A stretch of DNA of 64,000 nucleotides from a virus (IMGVR_UViG_642918914_000001:167256-231255), one strand, 5' to 3'. Positions 1-10,235 are shown, numbered from the stretch's first letter. Program-made: numbers and translations. Notes: generated by a model from the letters alone, not told the origin.

Positions 1-495
1 GATGCGATTCCACTTGATGGTCTTAACCGCCTTCTTGTCCATACCGAAGACGAAGCCCAGATGGAAATTCTCCTTGATACCGCCTTTGGGTGCGAACGCC
101 TTGGTGCCGAAACCAACGCAGCGATAGTCACAGCACAGCTTGGGCAGCGTCTTGGTCCAGAAGCGGTAGGTGGCGTCGCGTGCGGTGCTGGCCACGACAT
201 GCTTCTGCTGTTCTGGGTCGAACGCATACAGATACAGGTCGTCGTCCATCATGAAGGTGAAGCGATGCGGCGACTGCAGCATGATCCACTCGCGCTTGGC
301 GCCCAACGTCTTGATGTTGTTGGGCTGTGCCAGCACGTTGACTCGCGGATAGTTCTTGCGCAGGGCTTTCACCTCGTCCGCGGGACACACTAGGGTCACG
401 TGCTGATGCATGCCCTTTGGCAACCGCTCCACCGTCAACTGATTGTCGACCCGGCCGCGTGTTGGTATGTACAGATGATAGTCGATCTTAGACAT
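1..495 (-). CDS. GT-A fold glycosyltransferase, TET-associated (TAGT) / phage DNA-glycosylating type; partial, runs off the window start
   Basis: Not in the ORF track. Manual translation from ATG at 495: MSKIDYHLYIPTRGRVDNQLTVERLP...LGAKREWIM...FTFMMDDDLY (IPTxxR and DDD motifs). Clear paralog of 2647-3546. Confidence 0.7.
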   Translation of the reverse strand, partial: MSKIDYHLYIPTRGRVDNQLTVERLPKGMHQHVTLVCPADEVKALRKNYPRVNVLAQPNNIKTLGAKREWIMLQSPHRFTFMMDDDLYLYAFDPEQQKHVVASTARDATYRFWTKTLPKLCCDYRCVGFGTKAFAPKGGIKENFHLGFVFGMDKKAVKTIKWNRI

Positions 496-1210
496 GATCG
501 GTCTTCAGATAGGCTTCCAGTTCTTCGGGAGTGCCAAGGCAATGGAACGAGTCACGCGGCACCGGCACATTCAGCACAAGATTGTTGGTCACAATCAAGT
601 GGTTGAGCAAGTCGCTCATGTAGATTTCTTTGGCGATCGACTTGCGAAGCAGATGGCTTGCGGCCTCTGCCGCCGCGTATCCAGAAGAGAACCAGTAGAC
701 GCCGCATCCGCTGTACGTGGGAGTCGGTGCCGTGATGGTCCGTTCGTGGATATGCGTGACGAAGTAGCCATCGGTGTGCACTGCGCTGAAGTGGCGTGCA
801 GGCTCTTCGTTCAGGAACGTGAGCATTGCGGCGGTGGCCTTGGATTCAGCCGCAGGACGCAGGTACGCCAGAAGATCGATCTTGGCAAACGAATCACAGT
901 CCAAGAACAGGACGGGCGCTGCCAGATCAATAGTCGGCATCTTCACCAGAGCGTGCAACGCCGAATGCGCAGGGCCGCGCAGCGTTTGGCACGTGCTGAG
1001 GAAGCGCAGGCCGGAAGTTCCACGCGGCAGATGACGAACAGCTTCACCGCTGAAGATGAAGTTCACGTCCTCGGTCTTCAGTCCGTATTCGGCCAGCACA
1101 TGCTCGTACATTGGGACGCCGTGTACCGGGATCATTGGCTTGGCTTGACGGTAGCCAGCAGCCGTGAAGCGGGAACCAAGTCCCGCAGCCAACATGATGA
1201 TTTGGGTCAT
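488..1210 (-). CDS. Sugar-phosphate nucleotidyltransferase (NTP_transferase-like)
   Basis: MLAAGLGSRF...KPMIPV signature, LDCD, C-terminal LGTPEEL; start set at MTQII. Confidence 0.8.
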   Translation of the reverse strand: MTQIIMLAAGLGSRFTAAGYRQAKPMIPVHGVPMYEHVLAEYGLKTEDVNFIFSGEAVRHLPRGTSGLRFLSTCQTLRGPAHSALHALVKMPTIDLAAPVLFLDCDSFAKIDLLAYLRPAAESKATAAMLTFLNEEPARHFSAVHTDGYFVTHIHERTITAPTPTYSGCGVYWFSSGYAAAEAASHLLRKSIAKEIYMSDLLNHLIVTNNLVLNVPVPRDSFHCLGTPEELEAYLKTDHV

Positions 1211-1212
1211 TT

Positions 1213-2646
1213 CTATTGGATCTGGTTCAGAACTTTGCGGGCCAGTTCGACGAATCGCAACTGGCGCTGTTTGTCGTCGCTGTGGAGCGGAAGCATGCTG
1301 ATGAACAACAGTCCCGTCACCGCCCACAACTCGTTGGACGAAATGCCGAAGCGCTGAGCGCCGTAACGCAAGATGGGGTCTGCCAAACCCTCCCATTCAG
1401 TGGGCAGTGGCTGCTTTGCGACTGCGTGGTCGTAGCCGATCACGGAGTGCAGAAGCTTTGCCAGCTCATAGCGAACGTCGCCATACAGCGAGGGGCGGTC
1501 CTTAGCGTCCAGCCCCCGTGGATCGAACACCAAGACACGATCCGTACGCTGGTCCAACATGATGTTGGAGAAGCACAGGTCACCATGCATGATGGTTCGA
1601 TGGTGTACCTTTGGATTCACGTTCATCGCGAACAACTGAGCCATGCCATGAAGGTCGGCCAACGGCAGATGTACGTTGCCCTCCTCTAACAGATCCAGGC
1701 GGCCCCACGTCTTCGTGACCGCAAGCTGATAGAAGTCGTTGACATGCGCCCCCTGACACGCTTGATGCGCGTCTTCCACCCAGCACAGCGTCTGATGAAG
1801 AACGTGGGTCCACGCACGGTCGTCCAACTTGCCATACACATAGAGCTCAGCCAGCGTTGGCAGCGGCAGATACTCCATGGTGTACTCGCCGTCGTCATAG
1901 TGGACGATGCGCGGCACGTAGGTGGACAGCTTGCGTGGCAAACCCAGGAACCACTCGCGCTCTGCGTTCACCTTCTTCGTGTTGGCGCTGCGCTTGGTCA
2001 GCAGGTGGCCATCGTTGGTCAACCCGTTGAAGTGACGAGTGGTGCGGGACAGGAACTCGCGCTTGGAACTGAAGTACGTAGACAGATGCCCAAAGTCCAG
2101 CCAGTGCTCGTCGATCGAAACGTTGGGAAGGCATCCCGCCATGTGACGCACAGCCGATTTCACCGTCTCGTAACTGTCGAGCGTGAACGTCAGCTCACTC
2201 AGGCGACACGCAAAGTACCCGGCGAACACGCTGTCCTTGTCCAGGAACTGCCAGTGGGCAGACGTACCCAAGGGATGAGAAACTACGCCCACCGACGGTT
2301 CTTTCAACCACTTGGTGACCAGCGTATCGCCCCACAGAACATGCACACAGACGTCCGGCGCGTTCTCTTGAGCACCGATCAGGCGCAGCGCGCGACGCAA
2401 CTGATAGGGCAGCGACTGATCTTCCGCCGACGGGAAGAAGTAGACGTTGCCTCCCACGTATGGAACAGACGACATCTCGGGCCACGTCACGTAGATGTGG
2501 TGGAAGTTGTCGCCTGCTGCGTCCAACTGCAGGTCGAGCAGCGTGCGCCCGCCCACCGGCACACGGGCTGCAGGAATGGCCCCGAACAGGAACTGAAGCT
2601 CCTGATTGCATGGAGCCGATGACATGATGAGCAGGACGTTGCGCAT
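1213..2646 (-). CDS. Nucleotidyltransferase-like N-terminal domain fused to an APH/choline-kinase-like phosphotransferase (sugar kinase; capsule-biosynthesis-type protein)
   Basis: N-terminal QELQFLFGAIP..VPVG, WGDTL, WLDFGH; C-terminal HGDLCFSNI and FDPRG kinase motifs. Confidence 0.7.
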   Translation of the reverse strand: MRNVLLIMSSAPCNQELQFLFGAIPAARVPVGGRTLLDLQLDAAGDNFHHIYVTWPEMSSVPYVGGNVYFFPSAEDQSLPYQLRRALRLIGAQENAPDVCVHVLWGDTLVTKWLKEPSVGVVSHPLGTSAHWQFLDKDSVFAGYFACRLSELTFTLDSYETVKSAVRHMAGCLPNVSIDEHWLDFGHLSTYFSSKREFLSRTTRHFNGLTNDGHLLTKRSANTKKVNAEREWFLGLPRKLSTYVPRIVHYDDGEYTMEYLPLPTLAELYVYGKLDDRAWTHVLHQTLCWVEDAHQACQGAHVNDFYQLAVTKTWGRLDLLEEGNVHLPLADLHGMAQLFAMNVNPKVHHRTIMHGDLCFSNIMLDQRTDRVLVFDPRGLDAKDRPSLYGDVRYELAKLLHSVIGYDHAVAKQPLPTEWEGLADPILRYGAQRFGISSNELWAVTGLLFISMLPLHSDDKQRQLRFVELARKVLNQIQ

Positions 2647-3546
2647 TTACTTTGCCTTCTTCTGTTTCTGACTACTGGCGAATGCCTTCTCCCAGTAGAC
2701 GATCACTTCCTTGCGGTTGATGGACCCCTTGTACTCCTTGTCCACCACCTTGACGAACGGGTCGTGGATGGACGCCAGCTTGACCGCGGCACGGTCTGAT
2801 CCCTTTACCGTACGCTCTTCGCTACAGCCGCCGTCCGAGCCGTAGTCGAGTGGATTCACAACGAAGTTGGTGAGGATCAGATTGGGGTAGCCCAGTCGCA
2901 GCAGGTGCAGCGTCACGTTGAAGTCCTCGCGGAATTTCACTTCGTCGAATCGGATGCCGTGCTTGAGCAGTGTGCGCCGATTGTGGCCGATTGCGTGCAT
3001 GGCGCGTCCCACCATCTTGAAGTCGCCGCGCACATAGTTGTTCATCAGGCGGCTGGCGATGCACGTGTGGACTACGCCCTTGTTCACCATCTGATCCTTG
3101 ATGAAGTCCCAGCGACGCATCTTCTGCACGTCAGGGAACGGCTCCTTGAACAGGAAGGTGATGCCCTTGGCCTTTGCCGCGTCCGTCTGCACCCACTTGC
3201 CGCTCTTGGCACCCTGCCATTCGCGGTGCTCTTTGTTGCAGCGGCGGAAGAAGTACATGTCGTCGTCCAACTGGAAGACGTTGTCGGCGCGAACGTTCTC
3301 GATGATCCACTGGCGCTTCTTTGCGATACAGTCGACCGTGGGATCGTCCACCGCCCACACCAGCTCGTGCTTGTGCTTCTTGCGCAGGGCCTTCGCTTCA
3401 TCCCAATCGCTGGCCAGCAACAGCGTTCGCTCGCGCAGTTCGGCAGGCAGCTCACGCAGCGTAACCTGACGATCGACGCGCCGATGCGTTGGGATAACCA
3501 CTTGGAAGTCTTTGTCCGCCACCGGCGGGCGTCGATGTTGTGCCAT
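2647..3546 (-). CDS. GT-A fold glycosyltransferase, TAGT / beta-glucosyl-HMC-alpha-glucosyltransferase-like
   Basis: VIPTHRR, IAKKRQWI, FQLDDD, EDFNVTLHLLRLGYPN, GGCSEERT motifs. Confidence 0.72.
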   Translation of the reverse strand: MAQHRRPPVADKDFQVVIPTHRRVDRQVTLRELPAELRERTLLLASDWDEAKALRKKHKHELVWAVDDPTVDCIAKKRQWIIENVRADNVFQLDDDMYFFRRCNKEHREWQGAKSGKWVQTDAAKAKGITFLFKEPFPDVQKMRRWDFIKDQMVNKGVVHTCIASRLMNNYVRGDFKMVGRAMHAIGHNRRTLLKHGIRFDEVKFREDFNVTLHLLRLGYPNLILTNFVVNPLDYGSDGGCSEERTVKGSDRAAVKLASIHDPFVKVVDKEYKGSINRKEVIVYWEKAFASSQKQKKAK

Positions 3547-3547
3547 G

Positions 3548-4243
3548 TCAGTAGGTGAGTGTGAAGATGGAACGACCGTCGGCATCGGTAGTGAACGCCG
3601 AGTAGCCACGGACCAAAACGTTAAACTTGGTCACGTTATGCTCGATGGTGGTGCCCGGCGTCATGTGCCCGCGCAGATCGAAGTGATCGACCAGCACTTC
3701 GTTCATGGTGCCAGCTTCGATGATACGCCACATATTGGTCAGGCCATCGCTGTGCGTGTTGTAGCGGATGTAGTACGACTGATGGCCAGCCGTCACCTGA
3801 TTGACGATGTCCTGCGCCACACGCTCGAAGTCTTCGGGCGTTTGCAGATATTCGTCCACCGAGTACTGGAAGGCACCAACACCCGGCTTCTGGTAGAGCT
3901 TGTTGGTGTCCGCGAATCGGCCTTCCTGGATGGTGTTCATCCACACACTGAACACGTCGCTCACTTCCTTGAACTGGGTGAAGAATGCGCCGCGTGTTGT
4001 GCGCGTCGGACACACGAAGTCCACGATCACCCACGAGCCCTGCTCCATGACACAGCGTGCCAGTCGGCCCAGCGTCTTGGCCTGGATCACACGATCCTTC
4101 TCTTCGAACGACAAATGCGTCGTGATGTTGGCGCGCGCCCAGTCCGCGTTGAAGTGAATGGCGCTCAGACGCTTCTGAATGGCGAGGGCCAGCGTGGTCT
4201 TGCCACTGCCGGGCAAGCCTTGAATCATGATGGTCTTGGACAT
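3548..4243 (-). CDS. P-loop kinase, adenylylsulfate kinase (CysC)-like, with C-terminal extension
   Basis: GLPGSGKTTLA, FNADWAR, FEEKDRVIQA, VDFVCPT. Confidence 0.7.
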   Translation of the reverse strand: MSKTIMIQGLPGSGKTTLALAIQKRLSAIHFNADWARANITTHLSFEEKDRVIQAKTLGRLARCVMEQGSWVIVDFVCPTRTTRGAFFTQFKEVSDVFSVWMNTIQEGRFADTNKLYQKPGVGAFQYSVDEYLQTPEDFERVAQDIVNQVTAGHQSYYIRYNTHSDGLTNMWRIIEAGTMNEVLVDHFDLRGHMTPGTTIEHNVTKFNVLVRGYSAFTTDADGRSIFTLTY

Positions 4244-4396
4244 GTCTGTTCCTTGTGCTTTATGATAGTCAGACTATTTACTGCGGAGTTATGAAGGCGA
4301 GGACAGCGAGTGCGATAAAAATGAAGACGCACGTCCAGCGTGGAAACACACGCGCCGCGAAGATGGAAGCACTCAGGCTGTAGTAGTCGTGACGAT

Positions 4397-5128
4397 TCAT
4401 GATTTGATTTGGATTTCGAGATGGTCGAAGGTCAGGGTGTCCGGCAGATACAGGAGGCGTTGAATGTTGAGCGCATGGGCAGCCACACCACCCTCCAATT
4501 GAACGCCCAGGCGACCGCGGACTGGACGATCAAAGGTCAACGTAACAGGAGCAGCATACGTGGGTGCGGTGATCTCAAATTGATGGCCGTACGGCACTGT
4601 CTCACCCTCGTGCTTCAACGGCTTGCTGCGCGGTATCCACAAAAGGCGCTCGTTTACCATCGTGTACAGTGCTGCGCTGAAGTGGGCGGCCACCGCGTCG
4701 GATTGACGCTCTGGTTTCACGGTCTGCGACACCTGCTCAGCAATCTGGTCCAAGATCTTCAGCATCAACATCAGAGTCACGGCGTCAATCAGACGCACAC
4801 TTTGGCCGTTGTACAACGTCACCTGATCGTCGAAGATGACGACACCGATACCAGCGAGCATCCCCACATAGTTGTAGCCATCTTGGAACAGCTGATCACG
4901 AACCGACTCCGATTCAGCAGGGCGCCACTTCAGCTGCGACATGAACTGAGGGAACTTCATGCCTGCCACTCGATTGCCACTCATGATGTTGTGCAGCGCG
5001 CTGTACCATTCACTGTGGAATGGGACTTCCTCAGAGTTGAAGTAGTACACGAGCCCCGGCAGCAGGTCAGTGCGCGGGCTACGCTTGTTGGTGAGGACGA
5101 ATGCGTTGGGTATCACTTGCTCTAGCAT
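4397..5128 (-). CDS. Hypothetical protein
   Basis: ORF with upstream AGGAAGAG purine-rich RBS, in the minus-strand gene run. Confidence 0.55.
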   Translation of the reverse strand: MLEQVIPNAFVLTNKRSPRTDLLPGLVYYFNSEEVPFHSEWYSALHNIMSGNRVAGMKFPQFMSQLKWRPAESESVRDQLFQDGYNYVGMLAGIGVVIFDDQVTLYNGQSVRLIDAVTLMLMLKILDQIAEQVSQTVKPERQSDAVAAHFSAALYTMVNERLLWIPRSKPLKHEGETVPYGHQFEITAPTYAAPVTLTFDRPVRGRLGVQLEGGVAAHALNIQRLLYLPDTLTFDHLEIQIKS

Positions 5129-5130
5129 GT

Positions 5131-5535
5131 CTATCTCTTCCTTCCGCTCATTTTGTGCCGTGCGCGCTGTTGCTGCTCGAAGCGCTTCCGGTCCTGCTGC
5201 TGTTGCCACTTGGTGTGGCGTCGTTCGTCCTCGTCCGACATGTCAGAAGCAGGGGGCTGACAGGGTTCAGCGTGGTCGATGAATCCAAAGCCACCGCCTG
5301 CAGTCAGCGTTGGGTCAATACGGAATATGTTGGAATGCTCCTCAGACACTGGAGTGCTGGTGGTCAACACCACTTCCCCAGTACGCGCAAAGATGCGACG
5401 GGCCTCGTCATCACTGATGTCAGGAATCATAACCAACTCCGTCTGATTGTCTTGCAGCGCTTCCTTGATCTGCTCGGTGATGTGCGCTGACAGGTCACCA
5501 AGCACTAGCACACGGCGGGGACGGTCTTCGCTCAT
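5131..5535 (-). CDS. Hypothetical protein
   Basis: ORF tightly packed with neighbours. Confidence 0.5.
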   Translation of the reverse strand: MSEDRPRRVLVLGDLSAHITEQIKEALQDNQTELVMIPDISDDEARRIFARTGEVVLTTSTPVSEEHSNIFRIDPTLTAGGGFGFIDHAEPCQPPASDMSDEDERRHTKWQQQQDRKRFEQQQRARHKMSGRKR

Positions 5536-5537
5536 AA

Positions 5538-5954
5538 TCAGCCTCTTCCGGAGATGCTCAACAGTGCACCATTGCCGTTCAGTAGGTCTTGAACTTCGGC
5601 GATTTGTGCTTGAGTAAAGGTGTCCGGGACATAGGCCGTAACTTCAATCTCGGTGTTGCCCCACTGGATCACGTTGTTCTTGTCCACGCCCACTGTCACT
5701 CGACCGGGTCTCCAGTCAGTCTTTAGCGCGCCCTCGGTCACTCGAATGTACGTAGGCTTGAGGGTAGACACTACGGCCAGCGCCGTTTCATCCCACTTGC
5801 GACCGAGCAGCGACTTGGGGAAGGGAACGCACATGCGGACTTCCTTTAACGGAGCAGTCTTGTACGCATGTGACAGGGCGATGATGTCGCTGGTCAACGG
5901 ATCTTCCGCTATCGGCTCAAACCACACGCCTGAAGTGCTTCGATAGTCACGCAT
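5538..5954 (-). CDS. Hypothetical protein, weak resemblance to the I78/potato-inhibitor-like motif
   Basis: IRVTEGALKTDWRPGRVTVGVDKNNVI. Confidence 0.4.
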   Translation of the reverse strand: MRDYRSTSGVWFEPIAEDPLTSDIIALSHAYKTAPLKEVRMCVPFPKSLLGRKWDETALAVVSTLKPTYIRVTEGALKTDWRPGRVTVGVDKNNVIQWGNTEIEVTAYVPDTFTQAQIAEVQDLLNGNGALLSISGRG

Positions 5955-5955
5955 G

Positions 5956-6348
5956 TTATGCTCCTGAATGCTCCGTGTAGTAGTCGATGGTTGTCAGCCA
6001 CACGTTATCACCCTTGTTTTCAGTCGGAAGCAGATTGTAAAGGGTGTAAGAACGACCTTCAAAGTCAAGCGTCACCTCCGGCCAACGCATTCGACGGCGA
6101 TCGTGCAAGTACCAATCGAACTCTACGGCGAGCTCCGTTTCGTAGTCGATAAGCACCTGAGGGATTTGGACGCGACCAGCGAACGCCATGCCGTACACCT
6201 CAGGTCTCTCTTCTTCACGGACACGGAACAAAGGACCAATGCCGAGCAGGCCAAGCGGATTGAAGCGAACGGCTACCGACTTCTCTGCCGGGCGATGCCC
6301 AACCCTCTCTAGGGGCTGCTTGACGCTAGGTGCACTAAGGAGTTTCAT
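5956..6348 (-). CDS. Hypothetical protein
   Basis: ORF abutting neighbours. Confidence 0.5.
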   Translation of the reverse strand: MKLLSAPSVKQPLERVGHRPAEKSVAVRFNPLGLLGIGPLFRVREEERPEVYGMAFAGRVQIPQVLIDYETELAVEFDWYLHDRRRMRWPEVTLDFEGRSYTLYNLLPTENKGDNVWLTTIDYYTEHSGA

Positions 6349-6737
6349 CGCTTGTTCCTCGCAGGCTTAACTCGCTTCTTGCGACGGTGAACGGCCTTGG
6401 TCACACCGCGCTTGGATGGCGGCACAGGCTGTGCATACCAAGGAAGGGGCGGAGGCGGAGGGCGGTACAGATCATTTATGTGGACGACCCCTTCCATGCG
6501 CCCAATCTCCCCTGACATCAATGGAGCTTCTGGGTCCAGGGCCGCGTCTTCTGGATCTGGAGGCAGTGGTTCTGCGTCCGTCAGTTCAACCACGGGGTCC
6601 GGCGAAAGCAGACCGCTAAACGTTGTGACCTGCGGGTCAGCTGCTCCTTGCTCAAAGAGCCCCGCGTCGTCAATTGCACTCCATGACCTAAGACCACCAC
6701 GTATCGGCTTCATCGCTTGGTCTCCGATACGCGGCAC
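6345..6737 (-). CDS. Hypothetical Pro-rich protein with basic C-terminus
   Basis: ORF with ATGA overlap to the next gene; start uncertain. Confidence 0.45.
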   Translation of the reverse strand: MPRIGDQAMKPIRGGLRSWSAIDDAGLFEQGAADPQVTTFSGLLSPDPVVELTDAEPLPPDPEDAALDPEAPLMSGEIGRMEGVVHINDLYRPPPPPLPWYAQPVPPSKRGVTKAVHRRKKRVKPARNKR

Positions 6738-7038
6738 GTGAGCAGCAACGTGTCAGGAACGACCACTGAATGCAGATGAACTTTGATCAGACACAGCGGC
6801 TTGAATCCTTCTTCTACACGATCGCCGATGCGTAGCGCCATAAAATGAAGCTGCGTCATGAACTCGTGGCGATTGTCCACCGTGTAGTACAGCATGGTCG
6901 GTGCCGTGCTGTCTGCCTGCTCGGCACCTACGAAGGCGAAGTTGGAACCTGCCACGCGCATGAAGGGTGCACGATTCAGGCGGTCGACGAGCAGCGGAAA
7001 GGATTGGAACGACGTATAGTTCACGTTCATGTACTGGA

Positions 7039-7428
7039 TCATCTTTGGTCCTCCGTCCAGATACGTCCGCAATGCGGGCAGCAGCACTGCACCCAGTAAC
7101 GGTCCAGCGACCGATCATAATTGCCTGTGTCCGCCATGTACGTGCGCTGATGATTGGTGTGCGGACAGTTGTTGCGCAGCACTTCGAGTTGACGATTGGC
7201 GTCGCTGATCACGTTCTGCAAGTAACGATGCCGCGCCGCCACGTAGTCCAGCGACAGTGCTGGGTCCGGTTTCTTGATCGTGTGCCGTTCCCACTTCACG
7301 CCGTCGGGCAGCGACACTCGACGGTGCAAGCGCGGGCAGATGTCGCCAGCCTTCTGCTCCGCCATCATACAACGCATCGCCAATTCCGACATGGCCGGCG
7401 ACAAGCAGTCGTCAGTACTAGAAGTCAT
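7039..7428 (-). CDS. Hypothetical protein with CPH...CxxC zinc-binding motifs
   Basis: NCPHT...CCCPHCGRIW. Confidence 0.45.
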   Translation of the reverse strand: MTSSTDDCLSPAMSELAMRCMMAEQKAGDICPRLHRRVSLPDGVKWERHTIKKPDPALSLDYVAARHRYLQNVISDANRQLEVLRNNCPHTNHQRTYMADTGNYDRSLDRYWVQCCCPHCGRIWTEDQR

Positions 7429-7589
7429 GATTAAGAACTCCAACGTTAAGGCCGCCAAGTGGCGCACCCAGTGGAATGACGTAGACTGCGACCAGCCCTT
7501 CGCCGTCAGGTATGCCAGCGACTGGCGGCGTACCGTATTGGACCCAGGACCCATGCTGGTCGCCGCACAGCCATGCGAGCGCCGTTCGA

Positions 7590-8618
7590 TCAGCCTGGAG
7601 CGTGTTGTTTGCGTGCATAGGACAAGCTCCGTTCGAGCAACGCTTCCACTGCCTTGGGCAGCTTCTTGCCGGTGAGCTTGAAGGCCATAGATTCGGCGAT
7701 CAGCTCCTTGTAGTTCTTGCAGGCGTACTCGCTGACCAGTGGCTCCAGATCCTTCTTCTGAACGCCACGCGCAGGCCACACGCCCTTCAGCTCGTCACGG
7801 TACCCAGCCTCGAACAGCAGGTCCAGTTCCTTGACCGAGACGTTGTGCTGTTGGCCGATATACTTGAGGATCAAGCGATACAGCTCGGTGTCCTCTTCCG
7901 ACAGGTTGGCGGTGTACGCCGACGGAGGATCTTCCTGCGCCAGCAGGCCGTCCAGCAGCCGTTGACTGTCTTCCTTCTTCACCGACTTCACGCTGATCGT
8001 GGTGTTGAACAGCTTCACCCATTCGGCGTTCAGCTTGCGACTGGTGAGGAATTCGTAATGCAGGTGATGGCCAGCCAGCTCGTGGAAGATCACGTAGAGC
8101 CAGTCGGTCTGCGGCATGGTCTCCGGCTTGATCTGCAGTCGGTGTGGGCTGCGGTCCGGCGTCTTGCTGCGTTTGTACATCCCGCTATACTTCTCGCCGT
8201 TGGCGGGCAACACTTCCCACACGCAGATATCTGGCTGGATGATGAAGTCCAAGCGATTGGCCTTCAGCACTTTGTAGGCGCGGTCGAATGCACTGACCAT
8301 GGCCTTGCCGTTTTCCGGCGTGATGTCGTAGAAGAAGTGGATGGCGCCAAACTGGTCGTGCCACTTCTTGCCGCGATACAGCGAATGCAGGTCCCACCCA
8401 TGCACCTTACCAGGATGTGGATTGGGGCCAGCGTTGAGAATCACCTTCTTGACCGGGCATTCGAAGACCGAACGCTTCTGCTTCAGGTGTGGGTCCTTCT
8501 CGATGATGCCGGAAACGATGCCGTTACTGATGGACGACACCTTGAACAGCACAGGTTTCTTGGCTTTGGAGTCGGCTTCTTGTCCGAAGACATAGTCGCC
8601 CTTCTGGATTTGGATCAT
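7590..8618 (-). CDS. Zincin-like metallopeptidase-domain protein
   Basis: IFHELAGHHLH plus downstream VSEYACKNYKELIAES (third-ligand Glu motif). Confidence 0.55.
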   Translation of the reverse strand: MIQIQKGDYVFGQEADSKAKKPVLFKVSSISNGIVSGIIEKDPHLKQKRSVFECPVKKVILNAGPNPHPGKVHGWDLHSLYRGKKWHDQFGAIHFFYDITPENGKAMVSAFDRAYKVLKANRLDFIIQPDICVWEVLPANGEKYSGMYKRSKTPDRSPHRLQIKPETMPQTDWLYVIFHELAGHHLHYEFLTSRKLNAEWVKLFNTTISVKSVKKEDSQRLLDGLLAQEDPPSAYTANLSEEDTELYRLILKYIGQQHNVSVKELDLLFEAGYRDELKGVWPARGVQKKDLEPLVSEYACKNYKELIAESMAFKLTGKKLPKAVEALLERSLSYARKQHAPG

Positions 8619-8641
8619 AAGCGGAAGACGTTGGTTGAATG

Positions 8642-8669
8642 CAAAAAGAGCCGACCATGTGGTCGGCTC
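8642..8669 (-). terminator. Intrinsic terminator
   Basis: Minus strand GAGCCGACC-ACAT-GGTCGGCTC-TTTTTG after 8682-9779. Confidence 0.75.
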
Positions 8670-8681
8670 CTTGAACTGCTA

Positions 8682-9779
8682 TCAGGACTGCGCCACGGGC
8701 GGCGGCACTTCGGTCTGCGGCTGGTCAACCTGCAGGTTGGTGTCTGCGGACGTTTGCGCGGTATCCAGCGTCAGCTCAATCACGTCGACCTTCACTTCCT
8801 GCGGCTGCGGCGTAACCAGATCGTCAGTCACCACTTCAGTGGCCTTGGCATCGTCGATCACCTGTTCCAGCTCCAGCGGAGTGAGCAGGGACGCGGTGGT
8901 TGCGCCGTCGCTTTCACCGCCGTGATGCGTGTGCTCTTCGATCTCGTCGGCGTCGGCACCCAGATCATTGGTGCCGACCAGCACGCTCGCGTACACGGCG
9001 CCATGCACAACTTCCGGGTACACGCCCATGAACTCGGTCCAGATCACGGTGTCGCTGTAGTACGGAGTGCTGATGGTGAACGCGTCCACCGTCGAAGAGT
9101 CTTCGCTCGGAATGAACGCCGACTGCAGCGCGTTGAGCGAAATGCCGTTGCCCAGCGAGAACAGCAAGCGATGCTGGGTCAGCGTCAGGTTCTTGTTCGG
9201 CTCCTGGCTGTACATCACGAGCGCGTTCTTCAGCTGCTCTGCAGTAAGGCGCGTGTTTTCGCCGGCCGACATGATGAAGTCGATGCCCAGTTCGCCGGGC
9301 TTGTTCTCGTCCGATGCGTCAGCTTCCAGCAGTTGCTCTTCCAACTGCTCGGCCAGCGTCTTGGTGCGACGGCCGATGATCTCGTTGGATTCGACCAGCG
9401 CACGCTTGGTCGTGGCGTTGGGTTCGGCTTCCGGCTTGGTCAGCGCCAGCGGTGCGCTGTCGTCGCTGGACGTGGCCACCACTTCTTCGTCTTCGTCATC
9501 TTCATCGTCGTCCGAGAACTGGAGCAGATTGTCCAGGCGCTGTTCGAGCTCGGGGTCGATGTTGTGGAAGGCGTAGCGGCTGAAGAAGTCGACGAGGCCC
9601 GAGTTGTAAACGGCGCCCGTGTCGTCAGCGTAGATGACCTGCGGCGGATGTTGCTTCTGCACACGTTCCGGCAGAGCAGTGTTGGTGATGTGCAGCACTT
9701 TCGACAGACGGCCGTTGGCGTTCTTCTTCCAAACGCTGCCCGGAGTCAGCAGGTCAAGTTGGTCTTGGAATTGTTCCAT
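8682..9779 (-). CDS. Acidic hypothetical protein
   Basis: 365-aa ORF with strong codon bias, flanked by a GTAAATA motif and a terminator. Confidence 0.7.
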   Translation of the reverse strand: MEQFQDQLDLLTPGSVWKKNANGRLSKVLHITNTALPERVQKQHPPQVIYADDTGAVYNSGLVDFFSRYAFHNIDPELEQRLDNLLQFSDDDEDDEDEEVVATSSDDSAPLALTKPEAEPNATTKRALVESNEIIGRRTKTLAEQLEEQLLEADASDENKPGELGIDFIMSAGENTRLTAEQLKNALVMYSQEPNKNLTLTQHRLLFSLGNGISLNALQSAFIPSEDSSTVDAFTISTPYYSDTVIWTEFMGVYPEVVHGAVYASVLVGTNDLGADADEIEEHTHHGGESDGATTASLLTPLELEQVIDDAKATEVVTDDLVTPQPQEVKVDVIELTLDTAQTSADTNLQVDQPQTEVPPPVAQS

Positions 9780-9829
9780 TTGAGGTTGAACCTTTCGCGA
9801 ATAGGTTGAGTGTCAGTTGGTGACCCGCT

Positions 9830-10159
9830 TTATTTACTGGCGGGAACCGGGTCCAGGTTAAATGCCTGCCGCACAATACGCGCCAGTCGCCGGTGAGTAG
9901 CGGCGCACGTGTCATGCGTTGTGGCCCACGCACCAAGCAATTCCAACACCTGTTCCTTGTTGTAGGTGCGGAGTTCGGGACGCGGCAGCGGCTTGCAGTC
10001 TTCGAGCAGTCGCTCGTCGATATCCACGCTCGTCTTAACTTGGACCGTGGGCGTGGGCGGAGTGGGCACAACCGGCGCCGGAGCACAACCAGCCAGCAGC
10101 ACGATGAGCAAACTCACCAGCAGTGCAGTGAGTACGAACTTGAGATTGCCACGTTTCAT
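9830..10159 (-). CDS. o-spanin (Rz1-like lipoprotein)
   Basis: Signal peptide with lipobox LLAG-C, Pro-rich linker, further Cys residues; directly follows the i-spanin. Confidence 0.65.
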   Translation of the reverse strand: MKRGNLKFVLTALLVSLLIVLLAGCAPAPVVPTPPTPTVQVKTSVDIDERLLEDCKPLPRPELRTYNKEQVLELLGAWATTHDTCAATHRRLARIVRQAFNLDPVPASK

Positions 10160-10235
10160 GTTGGCGGTCGGGTAAAAGAATTGATGAAGCTGATACACGC
10201 AGAACGCGATCAGTGCCAGTACGCCAGCGCCAAGC

